Assembly: GCA_038320305.1 (NCBI GenBank)
Contig: JBBQEC010000002.1
Coordinates: forward strand, 1 to 32,495
Direction: 5' to 3'
DNA length: 32,495 bases
DNA from: Candidatus Limnocylindrales bacterium
Lineage (GTDB): Bacteria; Chloroflexota; Limnocylindria; Limnocylindrales; CSP1-4
A program made the translations under genes and the position numbers. Shown piece by piece: positions 31,525-32,495 of this stretch. Positions within the stretch are counted from its first letter, which is position 1, and each line of letters starts with the position of its first letter. A model generated the notes under the pieces. That model had not been told where the DNA came from. It searched no databases and worked only from the letters and a program-made list of their open reading frames with translations.

Positions 31525-32495
31525 GCGTCTACCCGACTGCCGAGCGGATCGCGGGCGATTGCGCCAGATGCGGCGCGCATGCGCTCGATAACGGCCGGAA
31601 TTATCAGCGCGGCCTGCTCGACTTCCGCGTCGGTCGTTGTCCGACCGAGCGTGATGCGCAGCGAGCCACGAGCCTCTTCGTCGGGATAGCCGAGCGCCGT
31701 CAGGACATGCGACGGCTCGGTCGAACCTGTGGTGCACGCCGAGCCAGTCGACACGGCAACTCCCTCGAGATCGAGTGCGCGGATGAGCGCATCGCCGTCG
31801 GTTTCGCTTGCGATGACGGACAGGTGTCCGGGCAGGCGCTTGCGAGGGTGGCCGGTCATCTCGACGTCCGGCGTGCCGAGCACCGCGTCGCGTAGACGAT
31901 CGCGCTGCGAGGCGAGGCGCGGCACAACCTCGTTGCGCTCGCTGCAGGCCAGCTCGAAGGCCGTAGCCATGCCGACCGCGGCGGCAACGTTTTCGGTGCC
32001 GGCGCGGCGGAAGCGCTCCTGCGCGCCGCCATGGATCTGGGGCAGCACGATCGTGCCGTGGCGAATGTAGAGCGCGCCGATGCCCTTGGGCCCCTCGAAT
32101 TTGTGCGCCGCGATCGAGAGCAGATCGACGTCGAGCGCGCGCGCATCAATCCCGACATATGGCGCAGCCTGGACGGCGTCGACGTGAATGGCGATGGTGC
32201 GGTGCACCCGGATGCGCTCGACCATCTCGCCGATCGGCTGGATCGTGCCGACCTCGTTGTTGGCCAGCATCAGCGAGACGAGGACGGTGCGGTCGTTGAT
32301 GGCGGCTTCGAGCTGGTCAGGATCGATGCGGCCGTAGCGATCGACTGGGAGGACGACGAGCTCGAATCCAAACTTCTCGAGGTGGTGCAGCGAGTTCAGG
32401 ACCGCATGGTGCTCGACCGCGCTGGTCACGACCCGGTGGCCGCGCGCCTTGCCGGCCCAGGCGGCACCCTTGAGCGCGAAGTTGATCGCCTCCGT
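31521..32495 (-). CDS. Cysteine desulfurase (NifS/IscS class V aminotransferase). The 5' end lies beyond the window.
   Basis: The frame continues upstream of the listed M: ...[36 protein letters not shown]-Lys region: [17 protein letters not shown]. Active-site loop: [16 protein letters not shown]. It precedes mnmA, as is common in Gram-positive-type genomes. Confidence 0.88.
   Translation of the reverse strand, partial: TEAINFALKGAAWAGKARGHRVVTSAVEHHAVLNSLHHLEKFGFELVVLPVDRYGRIDPDQLEAAINDRTVLVSLMLANNEVGTIQPIGEMVERIRVHRTIAIHVDAVQAAPYVGIDARALDVDLLSIAAHKFEGPKGIGALYIRHGTIVLPQIHGGAQERFRRAGTENVAAAVGMATAFELACSERNEVVPRLASQRDRLRDAVLGTPDVEMTGHPRKRLPGHLSVIASETDGDALIRALDLEGVAVSTGSACTTGSTEPSHVLTALGYPDEEARGSLRITLGRTTTDAEVEQAALIIPAVIERMRAASGAIARDPLGSRVDA

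Noticed and set aside
1-32495. CRISPR arrays, rRNA/tRNA genes, IS elements, toxin-antitoxin pairs, defence-system gene sets
   Set aside because: No spaced direct-repeat arrays, no transposase or nuclease-helicase-type accessory ORFs, and no structured-RNA signatures were seen in any intergenic gap. All the gaps are short except 14597-14910, 16933-17123 and 29228-29573.

Overview
GC-rich (about two-thirds G+C by eye) bacterial chromosomal segment. It is almost entirely one co-directional minus-strand array of about 31 housekeeping genes. In transcription order (high to low coordinate) these are: cysteine desulfurase (5' end off-window), mnmA, small membrane protein, DUF948-like protein, alaS, FtsA-like actin ATPase, 586-aa single-pass membrane protein, ruvX, mltG, M24 Xaa-Pro peptidase, efp, DUF1905-like ORF, xseA, xseB, dxs, tlyA, nadK, recN, xerD, bPH2/SHOCT membrane protein, M50 metalloprotease, HD hydrolase, scpA, scpB, an rluB::cmk fusion, plsC, Flp-type pilin-like gene, septum-formation-like membrane protein, ispH, der, gpsA (3' end off-window). 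The tlyA-nadK-recN...xerD...scpA-scpB-rluB-cmk-der order resembles Actinomycetota, and other blocks resemble Firmicutes or Chloroflexota. I cannot place the organism more precisely. At least 14 gene junctions are 4-8 nt start/stop overlaps. Only two small plus-strand ORFs look even partly credible: a putative lipoprotein at 17124 and a TPR-like remnant at 29284. I saw no rRNA, tRNA, CRISPR array, transposase or prophage content. The large plus-strand ORFs in the track are antisense shadows typical of high-GC DNA. The best candidate for something undescribed is the translationally coupled FtsA-like ATPase plus large single-pass membrane protein wedged into the otherwise conserved alaS-ruvX-mltG block. 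Secondary oddities:
- rluB::cmk fusion
- orphan Flp pilin with a long Pro/Thr/Lys tail
- Der with a repeat-encoded basic tail
- EF-P with Arg at the modification-loop tip
- MltG with an N-terminal 12-aa repeat extension
- frame-broken lipoprotein gene
- unusually long non-coding dxs-tlyA spacer
All domain calls rest on motifs I read in the translations. No database search was run.
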